Assembly: GCF_009914755.1 (NCBI RefSeq)
Contig: NC_060925.1
From: the human T2T-CHM13v2.0 reference genome, Homo sapiens
DNA: 64,000 bases
Strand: one strand, 5' to 3'
Part shown: piece by piece, positions 29,907 through 43,470 of the stretch
How positions within the stretch are numbered: position 1 is the stretch's first letter
Layout: every line of letters begins with the position of its first letter
The notes under the pieces: model-generated
The model's database searches: none
Seen by the model: only the letters and a program-made list of their open reading frames with translations
Told to the model about the DNA's origin: nothing
Program-made: the position numbers and the translations under genes

Positions 29907-30334
29907 GTAGTTTGTGTTTATTTATTTATCTTGGCCAGCAGAGAGAATTGAGTTTGCATGGAGACTGTAATTTCATTCTGTGAGTGTAAGATCACGTCCG
30001 CGTTCCTAGCGACCGGTTTTGTGATGTGGGCAGTGCCGTGCTGGTAAATGCTCTGTGAGGAAGGAACGATGGTGGGATTTGTCACTCAGTCGATTTCCCT
30101 GGTGTAAATGCTCCCACCACGGCCGATTTCAGGCTGCCGAAGTGGAGGGGTTCAGTGAAGGTGGAGTTGGGCAAGGGCGTACACGGTCGGCTTCTGAGAG
30201 TTGGTCCCCCCGCCCAACCCTCCCCTGGAGATGGGATGTCAGGAGACCTGGTTCCATTTGTTTTTTTGCCTGAGCGTCCGGGGGTGGCTTTGAGGACACC
30301 TGTCCTCCTTCACAGGGGCACTCCGGATGTAGTA

Positions 30335-30455
30335 GCAGGGAGAGGGTGGAGGGGCGGCCAAGGGCGTGAGGGAGAGGGTGGAGGGGTGGTGTGAGGGTGC
30401 AAGGGAGAGGGTGGAGAGGGTGGCAGTGAGGGCGCGAGAGGGTGGAGGGGCGGCA
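30335..30455. repeat. G-rich degenerate repeat (gggagagggtggagggg)n
   Basis: About four degenerate copies with multiple G3+ runs. Confidence 0.8.
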
Positions 30456-30829
30456 TGAGGGAGCAAGCCACCTCGGGCACAGGTGAAGGACAGGTGTCCA
30501 CACCTTGGGTGCCCCCGTCCTCCCTCTCCTCATGTCCTAATAGGTCTGAACAGGAAGTTACATTTAGGGCGGCTGTACAGTGAGTTTTAAATACCTTGGT
30601 CCAAATTTTCAAACACGTATCGTTAGCGTTTCCCCTGTTGCTGGCCCCAGAGTGTTCGGTTCACTGGGTGGAGCATGCTCTGAGCCCCTGGAGGTACAGG
30701 GATTTTACGGGAGGAGGGGTCGCTTCGAGGGGAGGTGGCTGCGTCCATGTCTGGACGGAATTACTCACTGCCTGTCCCTCCCTGCAGCCTCTGTTCCCTC
30801 CTCACCAGTCTCTGATTCCAGCTCCGGGC

Positions 30830-31465
30830 TCAGCCAGTGGTCTCAGGACCCCCACCACATTCATGAAAATTACTGTGGTCCTCAAAGAGCTTTTGGGTAC
30901 GTGGGCTGTAGCTGCCAGTGTGAACTGTACTGAAAATTTAGAACGAGGAATATTTATTCCTCATTAACTCTAATTAATGTATGATTAATTAGATTAATTC
31001 TAAAATAACCCATCGGCTGTTAACATTTTAATGAAAAGTGACTATTTTCCCAAACAAAATATTCGGCAAGAGAGTGGCAACATTTTTGCATCTGGTTGAG
31101 CAGAACACGGTTGAGCCATCACACCTGCCTCTGCGTTCAGGCTGCTGCAGTGTTGGGTTAAGATTGTGAGGAAATCCAGTGTGTGAGGAGGCTTGGGGTG
31201 AATTCCAGTGTGTCAGGAGGCTTGGGGTGAATTCCAGTGTGTCAGGAGGCTTGGGGCGTTTTAACAGCTTTTCCTCTGGTAAACGTGGGTATTCTTCTTT
31301 GATATTTCTCTGAAACTCGGCACGTGGTCATTTCTTACATGTCAGTTGAAACATGGAATCTGAAACTGTATTGGTGTCACTTTCCTGCAGTTACCTTAAA
31401 AATCCGCTGGTCTCTTTTGCGCTCGAATAGGTTTCTTACGCGTGCGTGTGTTTTAAAAATCGTAT
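30830..31465. mobile_element. Probable hAT-type DNA transposon relic
   Basis: cagtggtctcaggacccc...aaaattactgtggtcctcaaagagcttttggg resembles recalled MER/Charlie-type consensus; AT-rich island. Confidence 0.45.
31172..31258. repeat. Minisatellite, 29 bp x 3
   Basis: aattccagtgtgtcaggaggcttggggtg at 31172, 31201 and 31230. Confidence 0.93.
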
Positions 31466-31468
31466 GTT

Positions 31469-31776
<308 letters not shown>

Positions 31777-32242
31777 ACATCGCATATTGGCTGTTAGGAA
31801 ATATTGCTCCACTGGGTTCTGCAGGTCTTCCTAAGCGCAGTGGAAAATTCCCCCCACGCTCATGAGGGCGAGTGTGAAGAAGGCAGGTGCTGTCCGCTTC
31901 GGATTATGGTCATAGCTTGCACTCGCGGCTCCCCTGCCTGGTCTCTGGGACCCCCAGGCATCCCCAGACCTCCCTGGCCTCAGCCAGTTCCCGCCGCTTC
32001 ACCATATGGCAGAACACATGCGCGGCCGGCCGGCTCACAGATGGGCGTACCTGCGTCCGGCCCACCCGCCTGCGGTCCTGTGTGCTCACCCTGCCCTGGT
32101 CTCTGCCTGGACTGTGGATGGGGGTGAGTGGGGCATGGAGGCGTTCTGCACCCACCAGCTGTCAGTGCCAGCCACCTGCCTGCCCAGCATCGGGTCTGTG
32201 TGGCAGCACCTTGTCAGCAAGTGGAGGTCAGATGTGGGGTCA

Positions 32243-32656
<414 letters not shown>

Positions 32657-33067
32657 TCAGCTGGGTGAGGAGTAGAGAGGCAGCTGAGTGGGTATTTATT
32701 TAAAGGGAAGACAAAGACGTAGACTGTACGGCTCTCTGAAACTTCAGCAACTTTTCCGAGACACGTTGTACCATCCGCCCTACCTGGCGTGGGCGTGAAG
32801 CTGGTAGCACACAGAAGGTCCCGGAGCAGGAGCTGGCCCCGAGCCAGCAGCTTTGTGCCCTGTGTTACCGGATCTTCAGAATGCGCCTCCAGCCTGTTGA
32901 CCATCTTACTGCTCACCTGGGTCCGCAGCCCGCCAGATACCAGGCTTGACTTTACTCCTGGCGGGGCTAGGGCCAGAACCCAGACTGGTTGCTGCGCACG
33001 GTGCTTTTTGCCAAACCTCACATTTGTTGGTTGCGTTTTTCACAACTCTTGTCCTCTGAAGATGCCT

Positions 33068-33342
33068 GCTCAGAGCCCATGCAGCGCCACGCTGGAGGGG
33101 CTGAGGATATGGGGGGCCCTGTTCTCAGAGCCCGTGAGGCACCGTGCTGGAGGGGCTGAGGACGTCGGGGGGCCCTGTTCTCAGAGCCCGTGAGGCACCG
33201 TGCTGGAGGGGCTGAGGACGTCGGGGGGCCCTGTTCTCAGAGCCCGTGAGGCACCGTGCTGGAGGGGCTGAGGACGTCGGGGGGCCCTGTTCTCAGAGCC
33301 CGTGAGGCACCGTGCTGGAGGGGCTGAGGATATGGGGGGCCC
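33068..33342. repeat. Minisatellite, 56 bp x about 4.8
   Basis: gctggaggggctgaggacgtcggggggccctgttctcagagcccgtgaggcaccgt at 33091, 33146, 33202, 33258 and 33314. Confidence 0.95.
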
Positions 33343-33536
33343 GGGCCCGGCTCCCCTCTCACAGGCAGGTCTGCACTCATGGGTGGGTTTGGGAGGCCCC
33401 GGTCTTACTGTGTTGATGCAGAGAGGCACTTCTCTCTTTCTCTCGCTCCCTTCTCCTGTCTGGGTTGGCATCATCCCAGGAGTAAGAGCTGTGTCTTCTC
33501 CCCTCCCTGTTGAAAGGAATCTTGATCCTAATGTGA

Positions 33537-33925
<389 letters not shown>

Positions 33926-34544
33926 GGAATCATCGATTTCTGTCATTGTTCGTCTTGAGGCTCTGGTCCTCCCAGGTTTGGCTGGCAGGGGCCTTGGCGA
34001 GCGGCTCCCCCCATGCTACCCGCTTTTCCATCAGGTTTTGTGTGTTGCTCGCATCCGGGCAGCAGGCTCTGGCATCCCCTCGGCCCTTTCTGCTCCAGGC
34101 TGGACCTGGCCGTTTCTCCACGGAACTTGGCTTCCTTCGGAGGAGGGTGGACTTCAGAAACTAACCTGCCTGCTGCTCCTGGGGGCCGTGAGGCTGTGCC
34201 CGGTGGGCGGTGGGCCAGGGGCTGCATGGGGATTCGATGTGCAGTTCCCGCGGCAGCTCCCAGTGCCGCAGGCTCTTCTCTTCTCCACTTCTGAGTGGGG
34301 TCTCCATCTGCACAGCGTGAGCCTGTTCGCTCGTGTGCTCTGCCTTCGAATGCGGATGACACAGCTTCAGAGCCGCGGCATCGTCACCAGGGCAGCAGAC
34401 CCAGCCAGGCCAGGGCTTCTCAGCATTCTTTTGTCCTCAGAATGCCTCCTGCCATGCCCATGCCCTTGGAGAGCAGTTTCCAGAAGTTAACTTGGATTCG
34501 TTTATTCATTTGTTGTCTTTCGTGGGGTTATGCTGTCAGTATGA

Positions 34545-34935
<391 letters not shown>

Positions 34936-36949
34936 TGAGGCGCCACGGCTCACCGTGGCAACAGCTGGCAGTGCAGCCCCACCACGCAGAGAGCTGCACC
35001 AGCACCTGTGGATGGCATCCCGAGGTGCCAGGCGAACCCTGGGGCTTCTGTGTCTCTCCTACAACCTTCGCTCCCAAGGGTTTTTAATGATGCTCTTATT
35101 TTTGCATTAATTGGGTTGTATCCCATCACCTGGATGTGATTACCGAGAGGAGTATAGCAGGATACCCGAGTAATATGTGTGCGATGCCAGCAGAAAGACG
35201 TGAAGAGAGTAAATGAATAACAGGTGGTTTTGCTCTGAAGTGACCTTTTGGTGGGGGTGGCGGGGGAGGTTAAAACCTTCCTGCTCCCCTAACCGGGTAC
35301 CCACTAACAGAAAATGCCCGACTCTGGAAAGGAGTCCCCGGAGGCCCCTGAGGAGGACCAGCGTCTGGCCTGTCCGGGCACCGGGGGCAGCATCCAGGCC
35401 CTCGGGAGCCAGGCAGGTCACTGCCTGCACCCGGGGAGGCCTGGCTTCGAGGCTGGGAACGCTGGGACGGCGTGAGGGACAGGCTGCTGGTGCCTGGCGC
35501 GTGCTGGCCGCCTGGACACTCAGTGAAGACGGTCTTTGTTTTGATGGCGGCAGAGCCCATCCTGAATAGCGGCTTTCTCTGCTGTGTGGGTGGGGGCCTC
35601 GGGCTCGGATGCTGCCTGAGTTGGGGTTTTGGTTTTACAGTTTCCCACTCGTGTAACTTTAAGGAGGCCACTCAGCAGTGTCCTCACCTACCTGGCCCAG
35701 ACTCCGCCTCCCTCATCTGGATAACGCCCAGCACACCTGAGAAGAGGCACAGCTCTGCCCCCGTCTGTCCCTCGTCCTCCTCACTGCTCCCTCCCCCTTG
35801 CCTGGATGGTGCGCCCCATGGGGTCTGCACGCCCCTCCCTCCGCCTCCCTGTTCCTCCCCTGCAGTCTCAGCTCGGAGGCTGCCCCTTTCCATCGTGGGC
35901 TTCCTGGGAACCAAATCCCTCAGCTTTGGCCCTGGTTGCATCCTTAGGGCTGAAAATGGTGCCTGGGACCCAGCAGGGCTCCCTGGACATTTGCTGAACG
36001 TCCTCGAGTCCTTGAGTGAAGACGGCTGTGGCGAGTGATTGCCGCGTGACTCAGCCTCTCCATCCCACGCCCAGAGCGGCTTCCGGAGGTCCCAGAGCCC
36101 GGGCTCCAGGATGAGCCCAGCAGAGTCTTCCCGTAGACACCATCATCCTGTGTGGAATGTCACCTCTCCTTTCTAGGTCAGGCTGTGGGAGCTTCGGAGC
36201 CTGACCAAACCCAGGTCATGTGTGCACAGCTCAGCTGCCTGGAGGCCCCTCCCAGGCGGCGGCGTCTCTTCACTCACAGACTCCAGCTGGGGCTCAGCGC
36301 AACATAGCAAGACCCCATCTGAAAAAAACACAAATCAGTGTTTCTGGTTGTGAAAGCAACACATGTTCACTACAGAAAACTTGACCCATAGGGCAGGATG
36401 TCAGAAAAGCTCAAATTGCTCTTGCTTGTACTCCCTGGTGAGCCTGTCACTTTTGTTTTATTTTGTTTTGTTTTCCGAGAGCATATCGTTTTTAATTTCA
36501 TTCTGGTCTTCTATACTATTAGTTTTTATAGAAAATACTAGTGATACGAGGTTAGAATCCCTCCCTGTCATCAGCTAATAATAGCAGTAACAATGGTGCC
36601 AGTTCTGTTCCGGGCTCATCGTTTCTTTTTAAAATGGTGGAGCTTACTGCAGTAGAGTGTTTTCCTTAGCCGGGGTCAGCTCTGGTTTTAGAACTCATTT
36701 CCCTGTTCGCGAGGTCCCTGGGCAGAGTTCGGCCGGGCGATGGCAGACGCCATGAGGAAGGACCCAGAGGTCTCTGTTTCTGGGGCCTGCATGGGTAGAA
36801 ACGTGGGGGTGACGGTGTGAGCATGAGGATACTCAGAGCTGGGAAGACTTGAGGGTCGGGGTTGGGGACAGAGACTTCCAGGAGGCAGGGCCGTCTCTGG
36901 TCCGTCGGGGTCTGCGTTCATTTGCTTCAGCCTCTGTGAGGAGGCACCA

Positions 36950-37770
36950 CGAGGGGTGGCCTGTAAACAAGGACCCTGATTGCTCGAGATGCTGAAGGCG
37001 GGGAAGTCCAGGCAAGGTACCAGCAGATTTGGTGCCTGGTAAGGACTGGTTCACAGCCAGAGCCTTCTCAGAGTCTTCTTCACGTGATAAAGGGGACGAA
37101 CAAACACTCTGGGGTCCCTTTGAAAAGCACTATTAATCCCATTCCGGAAGGCCACAACCTTACCACCTCTCAAAGGCCTCCTGACACCGTCGCCTGTGGG
37201 TGAGGATTTCAGCGTGTGAATTCGGTGGGACGTAAACACTCAGGTCACAGTGCTGGGGCCGCTGTAGCAACGTACCACAGATGGCGGCTCACACGGCAGA
37301 ACTCAATTCTCTCTCAGCTTGTGTGGTGATCCCAGCTACTCCGGAGGCTGCGGTGGGAGGACCTCTTGAGTGCAGGAGTTTGAATGTAGCCAGGGCAACA
37401 TAGCGAGATCCCATTAAAAAAAATCCAAACAAAAAGCTTTATTCTCTGTCTGGAGACCAGCGTCTGAGAGCTGGGTTTCGGCAGGGCTGGTTCCCGGAGG
37501 CCGTGAGGAGCCCGGGCCAGGCCTGTCCCCTTGGCTGGTGGAGCCGTCTCTTCTTCACCCGGGCCCTTCCTCCCCGTGCGGCCGTGTCCACGTTACCCTC
37601 TGTTATGAGAACAGCAGTTGTTTTGGATCTAAGTCTGCTGTAATGACCTCACTCACTTAACTGATTACATCTGCAGTGTCCTATGTGTAAATAAGGGCAT
37701 GTTCTGAGCTCCTGGGGGTCAGGACGGCAGCTTGGATTCCGAGGGGATTCAGTTGCACTCATGCAGAGGC
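36950..37770. mobile_element. MaLR LTR remnants (MLT1/MST-like) with an Alu monomer at about 37318-37425
   Basis: aagtccaggcaaggtaccagcagatttggtgcctggtaagg...cactattaatcccatt and taatgacctcactcacttaactgattacatctgca motifs. Confidence 0.6.
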
Positions 37771-38550
37771 CCTGGGGGCTGCACCTTGGCAAGGGGTTCC
37801 CATGGCCTGGCCGGTCTGCAGTCCTTGTAGTCAGCTGCACCCAGCCCTCCCGCAGAAGGGGCCCGTGCACCCATGGTTTTGTAGCCGTCAGGGAGCACCT
37901 GTTCAGAGGGCCCTGCTGACCGAGGGGCGTGGGCTCAGCACTGCCAGGGCCCGTGCCCTGTGTCCCCACAGGATGGTGCTGGCCGTCTCACCACTGAGGG
38001 GATGCCCCCCAGCCCCCTCACCCTCAGCTGCTCCTTCCAGGAGCTTAAGGCCCCTAAAGTCTGCCCCGGTCCCTGGGGTCAGAGCCCACCCTGGGCTGGT
38101 TTTGAAGAAACACCAGTGCTTCTCCAAGGAGGCCCCGTGCACATGTAGGAATGAAGCCCTCGTCCTCCCACAGCCGCGTGCCCCTCCTGCGCTGCGTGTG
38201 TGGTTTTGCTCATGGCACCTGGCGTGGGCGCCCTGGGAGCGGCAGCCGGGGGCGTCTCGGAGAGAGCCAGTGCAGGGGGGACCCCACAATCTGGGAGGCC
38301 ATGGATCCTGGTTGTGGGTTTTTGGTTTTAACATTTGGTTTACTTATTTTCAGACTTTTTTCCAAACAAATGGTTTATCCATATTAATTTAGCTCTCCCT
38401 GTGGAATTTGTAGGACCTCAGTTTTCTTGACATTATGATCTAAGCAGATTATTGAACACACGTCTTAAATATCATCTTTTCAAACTGCCACATGTACCAT
38501 CATATAGATGTGCTTTAATAAAGAGGTCAGAGAGCTGTGGCCCACTGTAG

Positions 38551-39260
<710 letters not shown>

Positions 39261-41873
39261 TGCACGCACCGTGTGAACTGATCCCACTTGTTCCATGCGG
39301 ACCCACCGATTACCAGGTGGGAGCAGCAGGGGGCGTCCGAGGGCCCTGACCCCAGGCGGGAGGACAGATGCGCGTCCTGTGTTGGGGCCACGGAGTTGTG
39401 GGCAATTGTTTCTTTTTCTTTTACTTTCTTTGGTATCTTCCAAATCTTTATAAAATCTTTATAAAAATTATTTAAGGAGAAGACTCATGTAGAATGGAAA
39501 GCGTCGTGCCAGACAGTGCTTGGTACTTGCAAGAATGGCCGTGTCCCCAGGAGCCGGTGGACGAATCTGTCCTTGCTGCCACCTGTGCGGCCGCAGAGTG
39601 AGACAGGAGGGACCGGCAGGCATCGCGCTTCTCCCCTAGATACTCCGGCCATGCCAGCCGCCCCCTTGGCTCCGGCCCCGTCCATCCAGCCCCTTCCCAG
39701 GGCTTTGTCCCCTCACCCCCGCCGCCCTCCCCCTGTTTTCCTACGGGAGGCGAATCCTTGATGAGAGGAGGAGGCCGGGAACCCTGCCCCCTCTGTGTGA
39801 AGAGGAGGGCAGCCCCTGCTGCTTTGTAGGGAAACCCTGCCCAAGAGAAGCCCCAGCTCAGCAGGACGGAGTCCGACGTTCCCGCCTCAGGGTGCCCAGA
39901 GAGGGCGGGGACACCCTGGCTGGGACAAAGTGCGCAGCTCTACCCCTGCTCTGAAATGCCCGGGACTCGGCCGCGCCCTCCCCCTTTTTCAGAGCAACCT
40001 GTGGGCCCTGGCAAGGATAGGCCTCAGGCAAAGGAAAACCACCCTCGTTTTCTTAGCTTTTAGATTTTAAAAGGAGCAGTGGGGCCAGGTGGACTTGAAG
40101 CTCCGTGGGTTTGTTTAAGGTATAAATTCATTGAGCTTGAAGACGTTGTACGTGGAAGTGAACAGAACACACATAATTTATTCATGGATTTTAGCTGGCC
40201 TGTTTTTGTACAAAGGGAGCTTTTAAATTTAATTATTTTTAAGCATTAGAGGATGGTGTATCCGAGGCAGCTGGAGGCCCTGGTCTTCACTGTGAGCAGG
40301 GAGGGCCCTTGGGACAGGGCTCGGGAGGAGGGGCCAGGTGGACCCCTGCAGGGCTGGAGGACACTGAGGGCCTCAGATCACCACACAGTGGGCCCAGCTA
40401 GGGGGTGACCCTGAATTCCAGTCCCAGCGGACACATCTCTTGCCTTCAGCATAGAGGGCCCCAGGCCTCGGGCCCTGCCTCAGTTGCCTCCACGATGTCA
40501 GCTTCCAGGTGTGGGGACCGGGTGCCACCTCACCCCCCAGTTACACCCACACGAGGCCGCGGTGCCCAGTAGCACAGAGATGCCAACGTGATGGGTGGTT
40601 TTCAACAGGAACTCAAGAGAAAAGTTCATGCTTGTGAGGACAGAGCTGCAGCTTTAGCCCTGAGAGACCTGGCGGGAGAGGAGGCAGATGGCGAGGGCCC
40701 CACCGGCAGAGCTGCTGCCCTGAAAAGCACCTCCTCCTGGTGGACACCAGGTGCATGGTGTGGTCAGGTGTGGAGTGTGGGCCCGCTGGCCTCGCTGCTT
40801 CCTGCGCCCTGTTTACCACCCCTCACCCCCTGGCCCCAGCCTTGCTCTTGGCGGGCGGCTAGTGTCCTCTGGCCGCCCTGGGGCAGGTCAGACCGCCGGG
40901 GTGTGGAGTGGGGTGCTTGCCTTTTTCTGCCTGACCCTGCTTCGTGCGGGGACTCTGGGACGCTGTGACTTGGCTCTGGCCTGGTCCAGCCCCCAGTGTC
41001 CACTTCTCTGGAAGGCGAAAGGCAGGGTGGGGGTCTCCTTGATGTGGGACTGGAAGCTGCTCAGCCAGTCTCCCTGGAAAAGGTCCTGGTGACAGTCACT
41101 GCTCGCTGCAGTGGCTGGTGCCTTCCTCAAAGGTGAGGGTGTCCGGGTGGCTGTTGGTGCGGGGCCGCTGGGACCTGTACCCTCTAAGTTGGGACTTCAG
41201 CCCCGCCTCTGCCCCCAAACGTGGTGGGCTGAGATGGGGGAGGCCCTTGGAAGGGCCCAGAGGAACCCCAGGGCCTCACAGAGGACGTGCTGTGTACGGT
41301 GCCTCCTCCCTGCGGCCTGCCCCGCCTGTGCTTGGAGCTGCATCGGGCACAGCCTGCCTTGGCGGGCACGGGACGAGCCGAGGATCCCCGCGTCGACGTG
41401 GAGGTCCGCGGCCGTCAGCGTTGCAGCCCTCGGCCGGGCACTAAGGGCTGAGTGTGGGGCCAGGGCAGAGGGAGCCAGGCCAGCAGCTCCAGGCCCGGGT
41501 GGAGGAAGTGCTGCCTGACACGTGTGTCTGCTCCCTGCGGCACGTCCACAGCACCTGCCAGCCCACTTTGGGTGACCCTCCTGTTTGTCCTGTCCTAGCG
41601 CAGCCACATCCCTTGGGAGCCTGCTTGTCTCTAGAACCTTCTGCCTGATGCACAACCTCAGAGCCCTCCGTCGCCATCCCTCCCCCGTCCCGGGAGCAGC
41701 CCCCCCACTTCCACCTGTCTTGGACGGGAGCTGGAAGGGACGTGGTTCCAGTCCTGCTGTGCCAAGCCTGGTGACCCGAGGGTACCCTCGGCCTCCCGGC
41801 CTGAACTCTTCTCCTACCATGATGGTGCCTGGGATGCTGTGTGGTGCCCGTGGGCAGTGGCGGAGGCAGTGGC

Positions 41874-42305
41874 CCCGGCTCGTTGAACCTTGGGCACTGC
41901 CCATTCTGAGGCGCCCGCTGTGCCCGGCTCGTTGAACCTTGGGCGCTGCCCGTTCTGAGGCACCCGCTGTGCCCGGCTCGTTGAACCTTGGGCGCTGCCC
42001 GTTCTGAGGCGCCCTCTGTGCCCGGCTCGTTGAACCTTGGGCGCTGCCCGTTCTGAGGCGCCCTCTGTGCCCGGCTCGATGAACCTTGGGCGCTGCCCGT
42101 TCTGAGGCGCCCGCTGTGCCCGGCTCGTTGAACCTTGGGCGCTGCCCGTTCTGAGGCGCCCGCTGTGCCCGGCTCGTTGAACCTTGGGCGCTGCCCGTTC
42201 TGAGGCGCCCGCTGTGCCCGGCTCGTTGAACCTTGGGCGCTGCCCGTTCTGAGGCGCCCGCTGTGCCCGGCTCGTTGAACCTTGGGCGCTGCCCGTTCTG
42301 AGGCG
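41874..42305. repeat. CpG-rich minisatellite, 49 bp x about 8.8
   Basis: cccggctcgttgaaccttgggcgctgcccgttctgaggcgcccgctgtg at 41874, 41923, 41972, 42021 ... 42266; near-identical units. Confidence 0.97.
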
Positions 42306-43218
42306 TCTGCTGTGGCCCTTACCGTCTGGCTTCTCTGCTGGCTCTTTTGGCCTTGGATTCATTTCTGGAGCTGCAGAGTCACTTCTCTTAGAGCCTGGTT
42401 TTGGCCCTCTCTCTCCTGCCTATAAAAAGCCCTGCCCTGGGTTCCCTGCTCCATGCCAGTTCTCTCCCTGCCCCCGCCGGCACGACACGGACACTGGTGC
42501 CCGAGTGATGCCTGTGGGTGATGCAGACACTGACTGTCACCCCAGCCCCCCATGTGCTGCTCCGCCACACCCCAGGCCCCGTAGCAGGGTGGTGGTTTGG
42601 GCAGCTGGGTTTGCTGGTCCCCTGGGAGTCCAAGCAACATCACCACTGGGTCCCAGATATGCCGTCTCCCTGGGGCACCTGTGCTTCTGGTACCCAGGGT
42701 GGAGTCTGGTTGTCTCCTTTCCAGACCCTTCTAGGTCTGCGTTGGCCTGGCTGGTTTCCCTGAGGTTCCCTCTGTAGGGGAGGGCCTGCCCTCCTGGCAG
42801 GGGCCCTTGTGTGCGTCCTGAGCTCACCGTGGTTTTGGAGGTGGCTGGGCAGTGGCGGGCAGAGCCCCATGCTGTCCTCTGCCTTTGAGGTGGGCACGGC
42901 ACACGTGAGAGCTGAGCATTGGTGGAGGAGGCCACAACCGGTGCCCAGTGGTTGAGTCGCTGGTGCCCACCGAGGGCCCAGGGAGTGAGGGACCCCCTGA
43001 AGAGGTAGCTGGGAGCCAGACCCTCCTCCCGTGGATGCCTTTTCAAGTCCCTGTCAGTTGTTCAGAGAAGAGGGGGAGGATTCGCGCTTTGCGTCAGATG
43101 CGTGCGTCCTGCATGGGTGGTGCCGGCCGGCTGTGCCCAAAGTCATGCCCTGCCCCTGTCTCCCGCAGCCTGGCATGGGCTCACGTCCGTGTGCTTGTCC
43201 AGCCTCCACTCGCCACAG

Positions 43219-43470
43219 CTCCCCTCCCCTCCCCTCCTTTTCCCTCCCCTCCTTTCCGCTCCCCTCCTCTCCCCTCCTTTCCGCTCCCCTCCTCTTCCCT
43301 CCTCTGCCCTCTGCTCCCCTCTCCTCCCTTCCCCTCCTGTCCCTTCCCCTCCCTTCTCCTCTTTTCCCCTCCCTTCCCCTCCCTTCTTTTCCTTTCCCCT
43401 CCCCTCCTTTCCCCTCCCCTCCTCTCCCCTCCTCTCCCCTCCCTTCCCCTCTCCTCCTTTCCCCTCCCCT
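43219..43470. repeat. Polypyrimidine/polypurine tract (CCCCT/CCCTT)n, about 250 bp
   Basis: Almost purely C/T on the + strand. Confidence 0.95.

Noticed and set aside
41874-42305. 49 bp repeat with an internal palindrome as a CRISPR array (also the 29, 56 and 58 bp arrays)
   Set aside because: Units are head-to-tail with no unique spacers, there are no cas genes, and the context is a human intron; these are minisatellites.
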